DNA of 64,000 nt from Gemmatimonadales bacterium (GTDB taxonomy: Bacteria > Gemmatimonadota > Gemmatimonadetes > Gemmatimonadales > GWC2-71-9): assembly GCA_044229245.1 (NCBI GenBank), contig JBGATI010000001.1, forward strand, positions 322,346 through 386,345. The letters run 5' to 3'. Under the pieces are notes generated by a model. It saw only the letters and a program-made list of their open reading frames with translations, had not been told where the DNA came from and ran no database searches. The position numbers and the translations under genes are program-made. Below, one piece after another: positions 30,742-41,540 of the stretch. Each line of letters opens with the position of its first letter. Positions within the stretch are counted from its first letter, which is position 1.

Positions 30742-31194
30742 CTACTTCTTCCGCTGCATCGCCTCCTCGTGGAGTGCGATCCGCCGCTCGACCGGGGTCG
30801 ATGCCACGATCTCGCCGATCACGTCGAGCGGCAACTCCTCGAGCGTCCGGAAGCGGAGGCACCCCTTCCCCATGTCCGGCTTCCGCCCGTCGGCCTTGTA
30901 GGCCGCGGCGAGCTTCCCCATCAGCGCCTTGTCCTGCGAGGTGCAGCTCAGGTAGAGCGCATAGTTGTTCTTCTGGGCGGCAAGGGCCAGATACATGAGC
31001 GGCTGCTTGTTGTAGGTGTCGGGGTAGCGGCTGAGCGGGATCTGATACGCCAGCATCCCGTAGTTCATCGCCTCCTCGTACCCCTTGGGAAGCCGCTTGC
31101 GGATGATCGACCGCACGGCGGTGATCACCTTGCGCCGATCGGCCGGGAGGCTCGCGATGTAGGCAGCGGGAGTCGTTTCCTTGCTCGAAACCAT
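30742..31194 (-). CDS. DUF1801 (YdhG-like) domain protein
   Basis: ATG at 31194. TPAAYIASLPADRRKVITAVRSIIRKRLPKGYEEAMNYGMLAY. Confidence 0.7.
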   Translation of the reverse strand: MVSSKETTPAAYIASLPADRRKVITAVRSIIRKRLPKGYEEAMNYGMLAYQIPLSRYPDTYNKQPLMYLALAAQKNNYALYLSCTSQDKALMGKLAAAYKADGRKPDMGKGCLRFRTLEELPLDVIGEIVASTPVERRIALHEEAMQRKK

Positions 31195-31316
31195 GGGAGC
31201 GTCCTGTCGCGAGTGGTCGCCTGAAGCATGTGGGCTGCTGCGCCTCACGGGGGTGCGGAGGGAATTAACCTCCGCCCGGCACTTCCGCCAGAAGGTCCGG
31301 CGGAACGGCGCTCGCG

Positions 31317-31784
31317 TCAGCCGTCGAAGGCGGGGTCGCGGAAGCTGAAGACGTACAGCCCCGACCCCGTCGGCACGCCCAGCGAGAGCGCTTCGAGCCG
31401 CTCGTCCCCCCGGATGAACGTCGCATGCTTCGATCCGGGGGGAATGGCGGGAGCATCCCGGACCTTGATACTCCACCCCTCGTCCTCCGCCGCGATGCAG
31501 AATCGGGTGAAGAGGGCATCGACCTGACGTTGCCGCTCAGGATCCGCCGTCATCAGCCGAGTCCACAACGCCGCCGGACTGAGCTGCGCCAGCGACACGC
31601 CCCCCTCGGCCGTCGCCGACTCGAGCCCCCAGACGCAAAGTGTGGTCGTACTGCTCGCGCCGTACTGCGCGCTGACGCCGGTGAGGAAGGGCAGCGCATC
31701 GGGGAAGTCCGCCGGCCGGCTGCTGGCCGGCGGCATCGAGTGCATGCTGTCGATATCCGGAGGGGTCAGGCCTGGTGGGAACAT
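31317..31784 (-). CDS. Hypothetical protein
   Basis: ORF 31317..31835 trimmed to the ATG at 31784. No recognised family. Confidence 0.4.
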   Translation of the reverse strand: MFPPGLTPPDIDSMHSMPPASSRPADFPDALPFLTGVSAQYGASSTTTLCVWGLESATAEGGVSLAQLSPAALWTRLMTADPERQRQVDALFTRFCIAAEDEGWSIKVRDAPAIPPGSKHATFIRGDERLEALSLGVPTGSGLYVFSFRDPAFDG

Positions 31785-31897
31785 CGAGCCCTCGAGAGTC
31801 GGTGCCTCGCCCGCGCTCCAGCGGGTGGCACGCACGGGAAGTGACGCGGCTCGACCAAGTTAGGAAATCGCCGCGGGCGCTGCCTGTCGTGGCGTCG

Positions 31898-33353
<1,456 letters not shown>

Positions 33354-33354
33354 G

Positions 33355-33960
33355 CTACGGCTCCCCCTTGAGCGTGATCTCCGCCCCGTCCGGCAGATCG
33401 TGGAGCTGCCGCGCCAGGTCCGCGAGGAAAATCCTCCGCTCGCCCGACGCGACGGCCTTGAGGGAGACCCCCTGCTCCGAGGCCGCGAGGATGAATGGCG
33501 GGTAGACGCTCAGGAGCTGGCCCGGTTCGAGCTTCTGTCCCGCCTCGAGAAAGGCGACGAGCGGCTCGAGGTTGAGGGTGGCGATCCCGTCGTCGCGCAC
33601 CGATTCCAGGAAAGGGATCAGCCCGACTTCGAGCGACCCCACATCGCCGGCCTCCGACGCCATCCGGTGCACGACGCCGTCGCGGAGCAGGAACTGGTCG
33701 CCGCAGGCCTCCTCCGCGAAGGGGATGTCGCTCGGCTGCACCTCGGGGAAGAGCCGATGCAGCGCGAGCGGGCCCTCCATCGCGGCGCGCAGCGAGTGCC
33801 ACTCGGGGGCGATGCAGGCACCGCGGAGATGGAATCCCCCCGACAGCGCGACCACCCCGTTCCGTTCTTCGAGGATCGAGACCAGCTCGACCGGCAGCCG
33901 GTCGAGCAGCTCTGCGTCATCGATCGGTGGGCCGGAATAGGTGAGATGGGGGAAATCCAT
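33355..33960 (-). CDS. SMI1/KNR4 (SUKH-1)-like protein
   Basis: PPIDDAELLDRLPVELVSILEERNGVVALSGGFHLRG...FAEEACGDQFLL. Confidence 0.6.
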   Translation of the reverse strand: MDFPHLTYSGPPIDDAELLDRLPVELVSILEERNGVVALSGGFHLRGACIAPEWHSLRAAMEGPLALHRLFPEVQPSDIPFAEEACGDQFLLRDGVVHRMASEAGDVGSLEVGLIPFLESVRDDGIATLNLEPLVAFLEAGQKLEPGQLLSVYPPFILAASEQGVSLKAVASGERRIFLADLARQLHDLPDGAEITLKGEP

Positions 33961-34091
33961 GCGAGCGAGCCCTGTCCGCCGTGAGCCGGTGATCGTGGAA
34001 ACTGCCTCGGGTAGCCCCCACCGCGGCGCCAGAGGGGCTCCGCGCGATCCGGTACGAGAGTCGAATCTATCAGGCGCCGGGCCGTCGCGCG

Positions 34092-34697
34092 TCAGCGTAT
34101 CACGATGTTGCCCTGCGCATGCGAGGTGATCTGGGCCTTCACCTGCAGCTCCGAGGCGCCGCTGCTCAGCCGCTCACCGTAGATGATCATCAGTTCCCGG
34201 CGATTCGTGCTGTTAGGGAGATGAAAGAGGCGGAGCGTGACGAAGGTGCCGTCGAGCTTGAATCCCTTCTGACGGAGGAACATCTCGGCCGCCTTGGAGT
34301 CGGAGCCGGGACGATCGTCCATCGTGAAGTAGCGCTCGCTGGTGCGGATGTCACCCATGAAGGGGAGCCGCCCGATCTGCACCGGCGTCTGGACGAAGCC
34401 GGAGTAGTCGTACTTGTGCGTGTTGTCCGGGTAGTAGTGCTCGAACTGGAGCCAGTAGAAGCGCCGGATGGAGTGATCGGGCGCGGCATCGATGAAGAAG
34501 TGCTGCTCGGCCCCGGCGACCTTGAAGATGTCGATCGACTGCCCGCCTGAGTGTCGGAACGCGCTGTCGACCACGAAGGTGGCGGCGGGATCGGCCTTCG
34601 AGATCAGGGTATCACCACGGACCTCACGAAGAGGGGCGTTCTGGCCCGCGAGCGGTGTCGCGATGACCAGCAGGGCGCCGATGACACGAAGCTGCAT
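34092..34697 (-). CDS. Secreted hypothetical protein
   Basis: Signal peptide MQLRVIGALLVIATPLAGQ. 201 aa, no recognised family. Confidence 0.5.
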   Translation of the reverse strand: MQLRVIGALLVIATPLAGQNAPLREVRGDTLISKADPAATFVVDSAFRHSGGQSIDIFKVAGAEQHFFIDAAPDHSIRRFYWLQFEHYYPDNTHKYDYSGFVQTPVQIGRLPFMGDIRTSERYFTMDDRPGSDSKAAEMFLRQKGFKLDGTFVTLRLFHLPNSTNRRELMIIYGERLSSGASELQVKAQITSHAQGNIVIR

Positions 34698-34801
34698 GGC
34701 GGACTCAGCCGGGTGGAGGGTGCTCCTCGTACGACGAAGGTCAGGATCCGGTTTCTATCCGGAATGGAACCGGCCTACCCGCCGCTCCAGGCGACGGATG
34801 G

Positions 34802-35227
34802 TCAGCCCTCGCCGCGACGCTTCCGGAGATAGGTACCGGTGCCGTACGCCAGGAGGATCGCCGCCGTAGCCGTCAGCGTACCGGCGATGAGCCCGCCGAG
34901 CGTCGCCCAGAATGCGGCGGGATCCTCGAGCGTGGCGGCGGCGCTTGCAGCGGTGAGTCGGGCAAGCACGGCCGTCGTCGCCCAGCTACCGAGGGTGAAT
35001 CCGAGCGCGTTAGTGAGCGCGAACCGCGCCCGCTCCAGCGTGTGCCCGAGCAGCACGATTGCCGCGAGGTACGGCGAGAACGCAAAGGCCCACCAGAGCA
35101 CGGGCACCTGCTGCCAGCCAGGGAGTCGCGGCACCATCAGCAGCCGGTAGATCGCGAGGCTGATCGCCGTGGCGATGACACCGACGATGAGCGCCTGCAG
35201 TGCACCCCGGACTAGACCACGCATCAT
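34802..35227 (-). CDS. Membrane protein, unknown family
   Basis: Trimmed to ATGATG at 35227. Four hydrophobic segments. Confidence 0.5.
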   Translation of the reverse strand: MMRGLVRGALQALIVGVIATAISLAIYRLLMVPRLPGWQQVPVLWWAFAFSPYLAAIVLLGHTLERARFALTNALGFTLGSWATTAVLARLTAASAAATLEDPAAFWATLGGLIAGTLTATAAILLAYGTGTYLRKRRGEG

Positions 35228-35360
35228 GGGCTGAATCTGTGAGAGAATTGCCTCAGGCGATCGCGTCGAGATGGTGGGCGCAGCACTCCCGCTCTCCTCA
35301 ATCGTCCACCTCGACCGCGTCGTCATCCTCGTCTGCCGCGAGCCACTTCCCCACTCGCGT

Positions 35361-37667
35361 CTACCGCCGCGGGGCCGCGAGCCGGAACGCCGCAAATTGC
35401 CCCGCCGCGGCGTTCGGCGCCACCACGACATCATACCATCCCGGCTCCGCCGCCGTCTTGAGAGTAGGCTGCACGCTCGCGAGATCGGCGCGACGAAGCG
35501 TGAAGTGCACCGTCGCCGACTCCCCCGGCTCGAGCCGCACCGCCTGGAATCCCTTGAGCTCACGCACCGGCCGGGTGAGGCTCGACACGCGCTGATGGAT
35601 GTAGAGCTGCGCGACTTCCCGCACCGCCCGCGTGCCCAGATTGGTGAGCGTCGCACTCACGCGGAGCGAGCCGTTCCAGGCCAGGCTCTCGGCGTCGAGC
35701 CGCGTGTCGCTGTAGTCGATCGCGCTGTAGGAGAGCCCATGCCCGAACGGATAGCGCGCATCATTGGTGGCCTCGATGTAGCGCGCGCGGTAATTCTCGC
35801 CGTCATAGTGAAGCGGGCGTCCCGTGGGGCGGTGATTGTAGAAGTACGGCTCCTGTCCCGAGACCTGCGGAAAGCTCACCGGCAGCCGGCCCGACGGACT
35901 CTCGACGCCGAAGAGCAGATCGGCGAGCGCATTCCCCGTCTCGGAGCCGAGGAACCAGCAGGCCAGGAGCGCCGGCGCCTGCGCAACGGCCCCCTCGAGC
36001 GCGAGCGCCCGACCATGGCGGAGCAGCACCACGATCGGCTTGCCCGTCTCGGCGACGGCCTCGGCCAGTGCCAGCTGCGGCGCCGGGATCCCGATGGACA
36101 CTCGCGACGAGGCTTCGCCCGACATCCAGGTATCCTCGCCCACCGCGAGCAGCACGACATCGGCGCGGCGGGCCGCCTCGACCGCGGCGGCGATGCCGCC
36201 TTCGACCGGTGCACGCACGCCGCACCCCTCGACCACCTCGAGGAGCGAGGGATCGGCCAGCGCAGCCACGAGTCCCTCGGCGAGACTCACTTCGTGGGCA
36301 TGATCGGGGAACAGCGCCCACGGACCGGCGAGGCTCGCATGGTCCGCGCCCCAGGGGCCGATCAGCGCGATACGCTGTCCTTGCGGACTGAGAGGGAGCA
36401 GGCCGCCGTCGTTCCGCAGCAGGACGACGGAGCGGCGCGCTGCTTCCCGCGCGAGCGCCACGGTCGCCGGCAGGCGGATCTGGCTCTTCTCCCTGTCCAG
36501 GTCCATCGAGCGATAGGGATTCTCGAATAATCCCAGCGCGCGCTTGACGTGCAGTACCCGGCGCACCGCGCGATCGAGTGCCGCCATCGGGACAGCACCT
36601 TCCCGCACCAGCGCGGGGAGATACTTCAGGTAGATCCCGCTCGCCATCGACACATCACAGCCGGCGAGCAGCGCCTTCCGCGCGGCATCCTTGTCATCCG
36701 CCGCGTAGCCATGATCGACCAGTTCCTGCTCCGACATCCAGTCCGACACCACCAGCCCCTTGAAGCCCCATTCGGTGCGCAGGATGTCGGTGAGCAGATG
36801 GTGATTCGCGGTGGAGGGCACGCCGGAGATGTCGTTGAAGCTCGACATCACCGAGAGTGAGCCCGCGTCCACACCGGCACGGAACGGCGGCAGGTGCAAC
36901 TCGCGGAGCGTCGCCTCCGACAGCTCGGCGCTGTTGTACTCCATGCCGCCGCTCACGGCGCCGTAGGCAGCGAAATGCTTCATGGTGCTGAGCAGACTGT
37001 CATCGCGCCGGAGATCGGGACCCTGGAAGCCGCGCACCCGTGCCGCCGCGAGCAGCGAACCGAGATAGGGATCCTCCCCCGAGCCTTCGACCACTCTCCC
37101 CCAGCGCTGGTCGCGGGCGAGGTCCACCATCGGCGCGAAGGTCCAGTGGATCCCGGACGCGGTCCCCTCGATGGCCGCGGCGCGCGCGGTGCGTTCGGCG
37201 AGATCCGGATCGAAGGCCGCCGCCTCCGCGACCGGAACCGGGAAGACGGTCCGCATGCCATGGATGATGTCGGCCGCGAAGATGAGCGGGATCCGGAGGC
37301 GCGACTCCTCCACCGCGACCCGCTGCAGCGCCCGTGCACCGGCCACTCCGGTCCCGTTGAAGAGACCGGTTACCTGCCCCGCCCGGATGGCGCGGAGCAG
37401 ATCACCCTGCGTCTGCTGCAGCGTCGCCGGATTGAAGGCCGCACCGTCGGGTCGGCTCGAATCGGGAAGCAGGTTGAGCTGGCCCGCCTTCTCCTCCAGA
37501 GTCATCCGGCCGATGAGCCGCTCGATGAAATCGTCCTGCGTGGGTGCGACCGCGGCCCAGGCGTGCTTCGGATGCAACGCGAGGAGGCCGGACGCGGCGC
37601 AGACCCCGCAGAGCTGCAGGAATTCGCGGCGCGGAAGGCCGGAGGGAGGCGGCGACGGGTGGTCCAT
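35361..37667 (-). CDS. bglX: GH3 beta-glucosidase with TAT signal
   Basis: ATG at 37667. TAT motif PRREFLQL. GH3 motifs MTLEEKAGQL, GFKGLVVSDW. C-terminal fibronectin-like domain. Confidence 0.9.
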   Translation of the reverse strand: MDHPSPPPSGLPRREFLQLCGVCAASGLLALHPKHAWAAVAPTQDDFIERLIGRMTLEEKAGQLNLLPDSSRPDGAAFNPATLQQTQGDLLRAIRAGQVTGLFNGTGVAGARALQRVAVEESRLRIPLIFAADIIHGMRTVFPVPVAEAAAFDPDLAERTARAAAIEGTASGIHWTFAPMVDLARDQRWGRVVEGSGEDPYLGSLLAAARVRGFQGPDLRRDDSLLSTMKHFAAYGAVSGGMEYNSAELSEATLRELHLPPFRAGVDAGSLSVMSSFNDISGVPSTANHHLLTDILRTEWGFKGLVVSDWMSEQELVDHGYAADDKDAARKALLAGCDVSMASGIYLKYLPALVREGAVPMAALDRAVRRVLHVKRALGLFENPYRSMDLDREKSQIRLPATVALAREAARRSVVLLRNDGGLLPLSPQGQRIALIGPWGADHASLAGPWALFPDHAHEVSLAEGLVAALADPSLLEVVEGCGVRAPVEGGIAAAVEAARRADVVLLAVGEDTWMSGEASSRVSIGIPAPQLALAEAVAETGKPIVVLLRHGRALALEGAVAQAPALLACWFLGSETGNALADLLFGVESPSGRLPVSFPQVSGQEPYFYNHRPTGRPLHYDGENYRARYIEATNDARYPFGHGLSYSAIDYSDTRLDAESLAWNGSLRVSATLTNLGTRAVREVAQLYIHQRVSSLTRPVRELKGFQAVRLEPGESATVHFTLRRADLASVQPTLKTAAEPGWYDVVVAPNAAAGQFAAFRLAAPRR

Positions 37668-37744
37668 GGATGCCGATGGATGGTGACGGGGGCGCAAGAT
37701 GCCGGCATAAGCTGCGCAAGGCGAGCGAATGATGCCAGTCCGGT

Positions 37745-38326
37745 CTACTCCGCGGCGGGAGCACCGGTGCAGCGCACCGGGCAGCCGGGCCAATCAGTGC
37801 CCCGGTACCGACCGAGCAGGGTCCCGAGGAGCACTGCGGCGCGGAAGACGATCGCCTGCAGCGGGCGCGGCATGAGCAGCACCGTCTGGGTATGGCGATG
37901 CCGGAGCGCCACGTGCGCCATATAGAAGAGGGGAGGACGTCCCCTCGGGCCGGTATTCATCACCTCGAAGACCGCCTGCAGGTAGCGGTCGAGGTCGACG
38001 AGAGGGCGCACCTCGCCCTCGAAGGCGAGCGGCGCCTCGCCTTCGTTCCACCATCGGTGCGGCACACCGCGCGGCAGTTCCAGCGACCGGCCCGGTCCGG
38101 CGTCGGTGCGGCGGCCATCGACCTCCACCGAGAGCGTCCCGGCGGTCACTTTCCCCGTTTCATCCTCGGCGAAATGGATGTGCAGCGGCGGCCCCTCCTC
38201 GTGCGGAGGGAGCGTGCCCCGAAGCTCGAGGAAGAGAGCACCATCCACCCTGCGGCGGCGCATCTCGAGCACTTCACCGGTGTGACGATTCTCCAGCCGC
38301 AGGTAGCCAGGAGGGGACTGGCTCAT
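37745..38326 (-). CDS. Cupin domain protein
   Basis: PPLHIHFAEDETGKVTAGTLSVEVDG...LELPRGVPHRWWNEG. Confidence 0.6.
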   Translation of the reverse strand: MSQSPPGYLRLENRHTGEVLEMRRRRVDGALFLELRGTLPPHEEGPPLHIHFAEDETGKVTAGTLSVEVDGRRTDAGPGRSLELPRGVPHRWWNEGEAPLAFEGEVRPLVDLDRYLQAVFEVMNTGPRGRPPLFYMAHVALRHRHTQTVLLMPRPLQAIVFRAAVLLGTLLGRYRGTDWPGCPVRCTGAPAAE

Positions 38327-38523
38327 GGGAGGCTCCGGGTGAGGGGTGCCGGCTGCGGATCAGGATGGCGCCGAAGCGGGCCCGGCGCCAGTAGGTGTGG
38401 AGGCGCGGGGCAGGTCCTCTCGGCGGAAAGCCCTGTCCTCAAGAGAACGCCTCCCGGAATGGCTGGCCCATTCGGGGAGGCGTGGTATACCGCGAGCTCA
38501 ACGCAACAGACAGCGACCCGCGC

Positions 38524-40305
38524 CTACTTCACCGCCCGGGCTCTCGCCTTCGGCGCATGCGGCTTCTTGCCGTTCTGTTTCGGGAGAGGCGTCTCCTCGT
38601 CCGCATGACGCAGCTTCCGGAGCGCCAGCCGGTCCCGCTCGCGCAGATGCGACGCCGAGGCCACCTCATCGTTGAGAAGCGCGATCTCCGCCTTCCGGAT
38701 CTCCATCTCGGCAGTGAGGGCCATGAGACGCGCGGCGGCCTCGGCCTGGGCACTCTCGAGTCGTACCCGCGCAATGTTCGACGCCTTGGTGGCCTGCCGC
38801 CGGGCGGCACCCTCCATCTGTTCCCGCTCCCAGCGGGCAACGCCCATCAGCACCTGCCCTTCGGCGGTGAACACATCCGTCAGGCTGACCCCGGAGTTCG
38901 ACAGCGTCAGCTCCCGCACCTGGTTCGAGTGCCCGGATCCACGCGACTTCACGATCGTGAGCGCCCGGTTCCGTTCACCCTCGTGCACGAGGTACGACAG
39001 GTGAATCCAGGTATCCGCGATGGTCGAGATCCCGGTGGCCGTCGACTCATTGACGTCCGGGCCGTCCAGCAGCGAGGTGTTGATGACCGTGATCCCCTCG
39101 CTCTTCAGGAAGTCGAGGAACATCTGGGTCGAATCGGCGGAGGCGACATGCGCCAGCTTGCTCGCGAGGGCCGAGAGCGGATCGATCACCAGACAGGTTG
39201 GTTTGTGCTTGCGGATCAGGGTCCGGAGCTCGTCGAACTGCTCCTCGATGTTCGGTCCCCTGGTGCGGGTGGAGTAGATCTTGAGCAGCCCCGACTCCTG
39301 GTGCGCCGCCAGGTGAATCTTGACCGAGGCAAGGTTCCGGGTGATCTGGGAGGCGCCTTCGTCGAAGTTCACGTACATCGCCCGTTCGCCCCGCTCGCAG
39401 GCGGCGGCGACGAAGAGGCCGGAGAGGGTCGACTTCGCCGTCCCCGGGGCGCCGGAGATCAGCACGTTGCTGCCGCGGTAGTATCCGCCGCAGAGCATCG
39501 CGTCCAGCCGGGGCAGCCCCGAGGAGACCCGCCCCTTGCTCACGACATACTGGAGTTCCACGGGGCCGCGATTGGTGACGCGAATACCCGAGTCGGTGAT
39601 GGTGATGGGGAACTCGTCACCGAGAAAGCCGGAGCCGCGGTATTTCATCACGCGGATGTTCCGGAAGCCCGATCCGGCGATGACCTGATGCCCCAGACCG
39701 ACCACGCAATCGGCCATGAACTGCATGAAGTTGTAGTGCTGCCAGCTGAGATCGTCCTCCGCCCCGACCTTCTGGGTGATGATTGCGGTCAAACCGCTCC
39801 GTGCGAGCCAGTCACGGACTCGATAGACCTCCCGGCGCTCCGCGTAGGGATTGTCGAGCGAGTGCAGCAGCACATCGATGCCGTCGAAGACGATGAGCTT
39901 CGCGCCGGATTCGACGATGACCGCCTGCAGCACATTGAGGAGGCGAGTCAGGTCGAACTCCCCGGCCCGCATCATCTCCGTCGCGAGGCTCGCGTCGAGA
40001 AACAGGAGTCGTTCCGCCGCGAGTGCCGGGATGTCCCAGCCAAGCGTCGCCGCATTGGCGACGATCTGTCCGGCATTCTCCTCGAACGCCACGAGGATGC
40101 CGGGCTCGTGCCGATCGCGCGCATTGTTGATGAGAGTCTGCATCGCGAATACCGTCTTGCCACACCCCGGGCCGCCGCGGACGAGCGTCGTCCGGCCGAG
40201 CGGCAGACCACCGTGGGTGATCTCGTCGAACCCCGTGATGCCGGTGGGCACTTTGGCGAGGGGAGTGATGGGGACCGACCTGGGCTTCTTCCGCTTCGTC
40301 TTCAT
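38524..40305 (-). CDS. kaiC: KaiC-family double-domain ATPase with ~104-aa C-terminal coiled-coil extension
   Basis: ATG at 40305 (AAGGAAG upstream). Walker A GGPGCGKT (domain I) and GAPGTAKS (domain II), VAFEEN, KYRGS/KSRGS. GISTIADTWIHL corresponds to the KaiC S/T phospho-site region. The tail 38524..38838 is heptad-rich. Confidence 0.85.
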   Translation of the reverse strand: MKTKRKKPRSVPITPLAKVPTGITGFDEITHGGLPLGRTTLVRGGPGCGKTVFAMQTLINNARDRHEPGILVAFEENAGQIVANAATLGWDIPALAAERLLFLDASLATEMMRAGEFDLTRLLNVLQAVIVESGAKLIVFDGIDVLLHSLDNPYAERREVYRVRDWLARSGLTAIITQKVGAEDDLSWQHYNFMQFMADCVVGLGHQVIAGSGFRNIRVMKYRGSGFLGDEFPITITDSGIRVTNRGPVELQYVVSKGRVSSGLPRLDAMLCGGYYRGSNVLISGAPGTAKSTLSGLFVAAACERGERAMYVNFDEGASQITRNLASVKIHLAAHQESGLLKIYSTRTRGPNIEEQFDELRTLIRKHKPTCLVIDPLSALASKLAHVASADSTQMFLDFLKSEGITVINTSLLDGPDVNESTATGISTIADTWIHLSYLVHEGERNRALTIVKSRGSGHSNQVRELTLSNSGVSLTDVFTAEGQVLMGVARWEREQMEGAARRQATKASNIARVRLESAQAEAAARLMALTAEMEIRKAEIALLNDEVASASHLRERDRLALRKLRHADEETPLPKQNGKKPHAPKARARAVK

Positions 40306-40470
40306 GGCGCTTCCTTGCACCGGTCTGGTGCTGCCAGCGCGACTCGCGGCAGGTGCCGAAGGTGGCTTCCTGGCATGCGGTCGCGAGGGGGAGTGACGGT
40401 ACAAGAAAGATCGGCCGTTGGGCGAGCGACAATCCGTCATTCGATGGAGTGAGGGATGAGCCTGGCGGGT

Positions 40471-41049
40471 CTAATCCGGGGGGCGGCGGGGGGCCCACCG
40501 CCGCTCCGCCTCACGACGCACGGCGGGGAGCAGCAGCAGCCGGATCAGGATGATCCCGAAGCGGGCCCAGCGCCAGTAGCCGCGAAACTTCCGCCGGGCC
40601 TCCGCGTCGGTCGCGACCACCCGGGTCTCGTGCCAGAAGCGGGTGAGTTCGGGCCCCAGCGCCTCCATCTCGAGCGTCCACGCGATCTTCACCCGGTCAG
40701 GCAGCGCGTAGGCCAGAAATTCCCCGGGCGGAATCGGCGTGAACCGGACGTCCGCTTCCCAGGGCCGGCAGGAGGCGCCGCAGATGATCAGCGCGCCTGG
40801 CTCCTCCTGCAGCAGTCCCCACCCCATCCCCCGCGTCTCGGCCAGGATCCCCTGCGGTTGCCGCGGGGCGACCGGGCCGGCGCGCATGAAGAGCTCGCGG
40901 AGCCGGAAGATGGCGTGCACGACGGGAATCGACTGCATGTCGAACCCGGTCGCGACCTCCATGACCAGGTCGCGCGGCGCCCGCACGGTGGTGTGAAATC
41001 GCTCCCGGATGTCGGGGTGGGGAATGAACCGATCGAGTGGCAATGTCAT
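40471..41049 (-). CDS. SRPBCC-like protein with C-terminal TM
   Basis: 192 aa. C-terminal hydrophobic FGIILIRLLLLPAV. Family call is tentative. Confidence 0.45.
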   Translation of the reverse strand: MTLPLDRFIPHPDIRERFHTTVRAPRDLVMEVATGFDMQSIPVVHAIFRLRELFMRAGPVAPRQPQGILAETRGMGWGLLQEEPGALIICGASCRPWEADVRFTPIPPGEFLAYALPDRVKIAWTLEMEALGPELTRFWHETRVVATDAEARRKFRGYWRWARFGIILIRLLLLPAVRREAERRWAPRRPPD

Positions 41050-41167
41050 GACTGCCTCACCAGATCAGCGGACGTCCGGGCAGGGAGTCGGGACGCCGAG
41101 TCATTGTCGCGACGGCACCGCGCGGCGAGACTGCACCCCTCTCAACCGCCCCTTTCGGAGCAGCACC

Positions 41168-41532
41168 ATGCGCCGCCACGCCCTGCAGGCACTTCTCGCC
41201 CTCTCCATCGCACTCCACTTCGGCTGCCGCTCGCCGGTGGGGTCCGCCGGCACCGATCTTCCCCCTGCGCCATACCGGTCGAAGGCGTCAGGCTGACCCC
41301 GCAGTCGCTGCAGCTCGCGACGATCGGGGACAGCCTCCAGCTCGTGGCGATCGTCATGCCTGACAGCGCGACCGACAAGGCGGTCACCTGGGAGTCCGCG
41401 GACACCACCGTCGTCACGGTGAACGCGAGCGGCCTGATCACGGCGCGGGGCGCCGGCGCCGGCGTCTTCGTCACGGTCACCACGCACGACGGGAACCATG
41501 AGGCGACGGTGAACGTCGCCGTGGCGCCGTAG
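41168..41532 (+). pseudogene. Big_2 (bacterial Ig-like) secreted/lipoprotein split by a frameshift
   Basis: Signal peptide MRRHALQALLALSIALHFGC (ATG at 41168) stops at 41296. The Big_2 domain (VRLTPQSLQLATIGDSLQLVAIV...VTWESADTTVVTVNASGLITARGAG) is in another frame with no start codon. One extra C in the C5 run 41261-41265 would fuse them. Confidence 0.6.
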
Positions 41533-41540
41533 CGCCCGCC

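Noticed and set aside
38395-40452. 685-aa + strand ORF
   Set aside because: Antisense to the KaiC homologue. Arg/Gly/Pro-rich.
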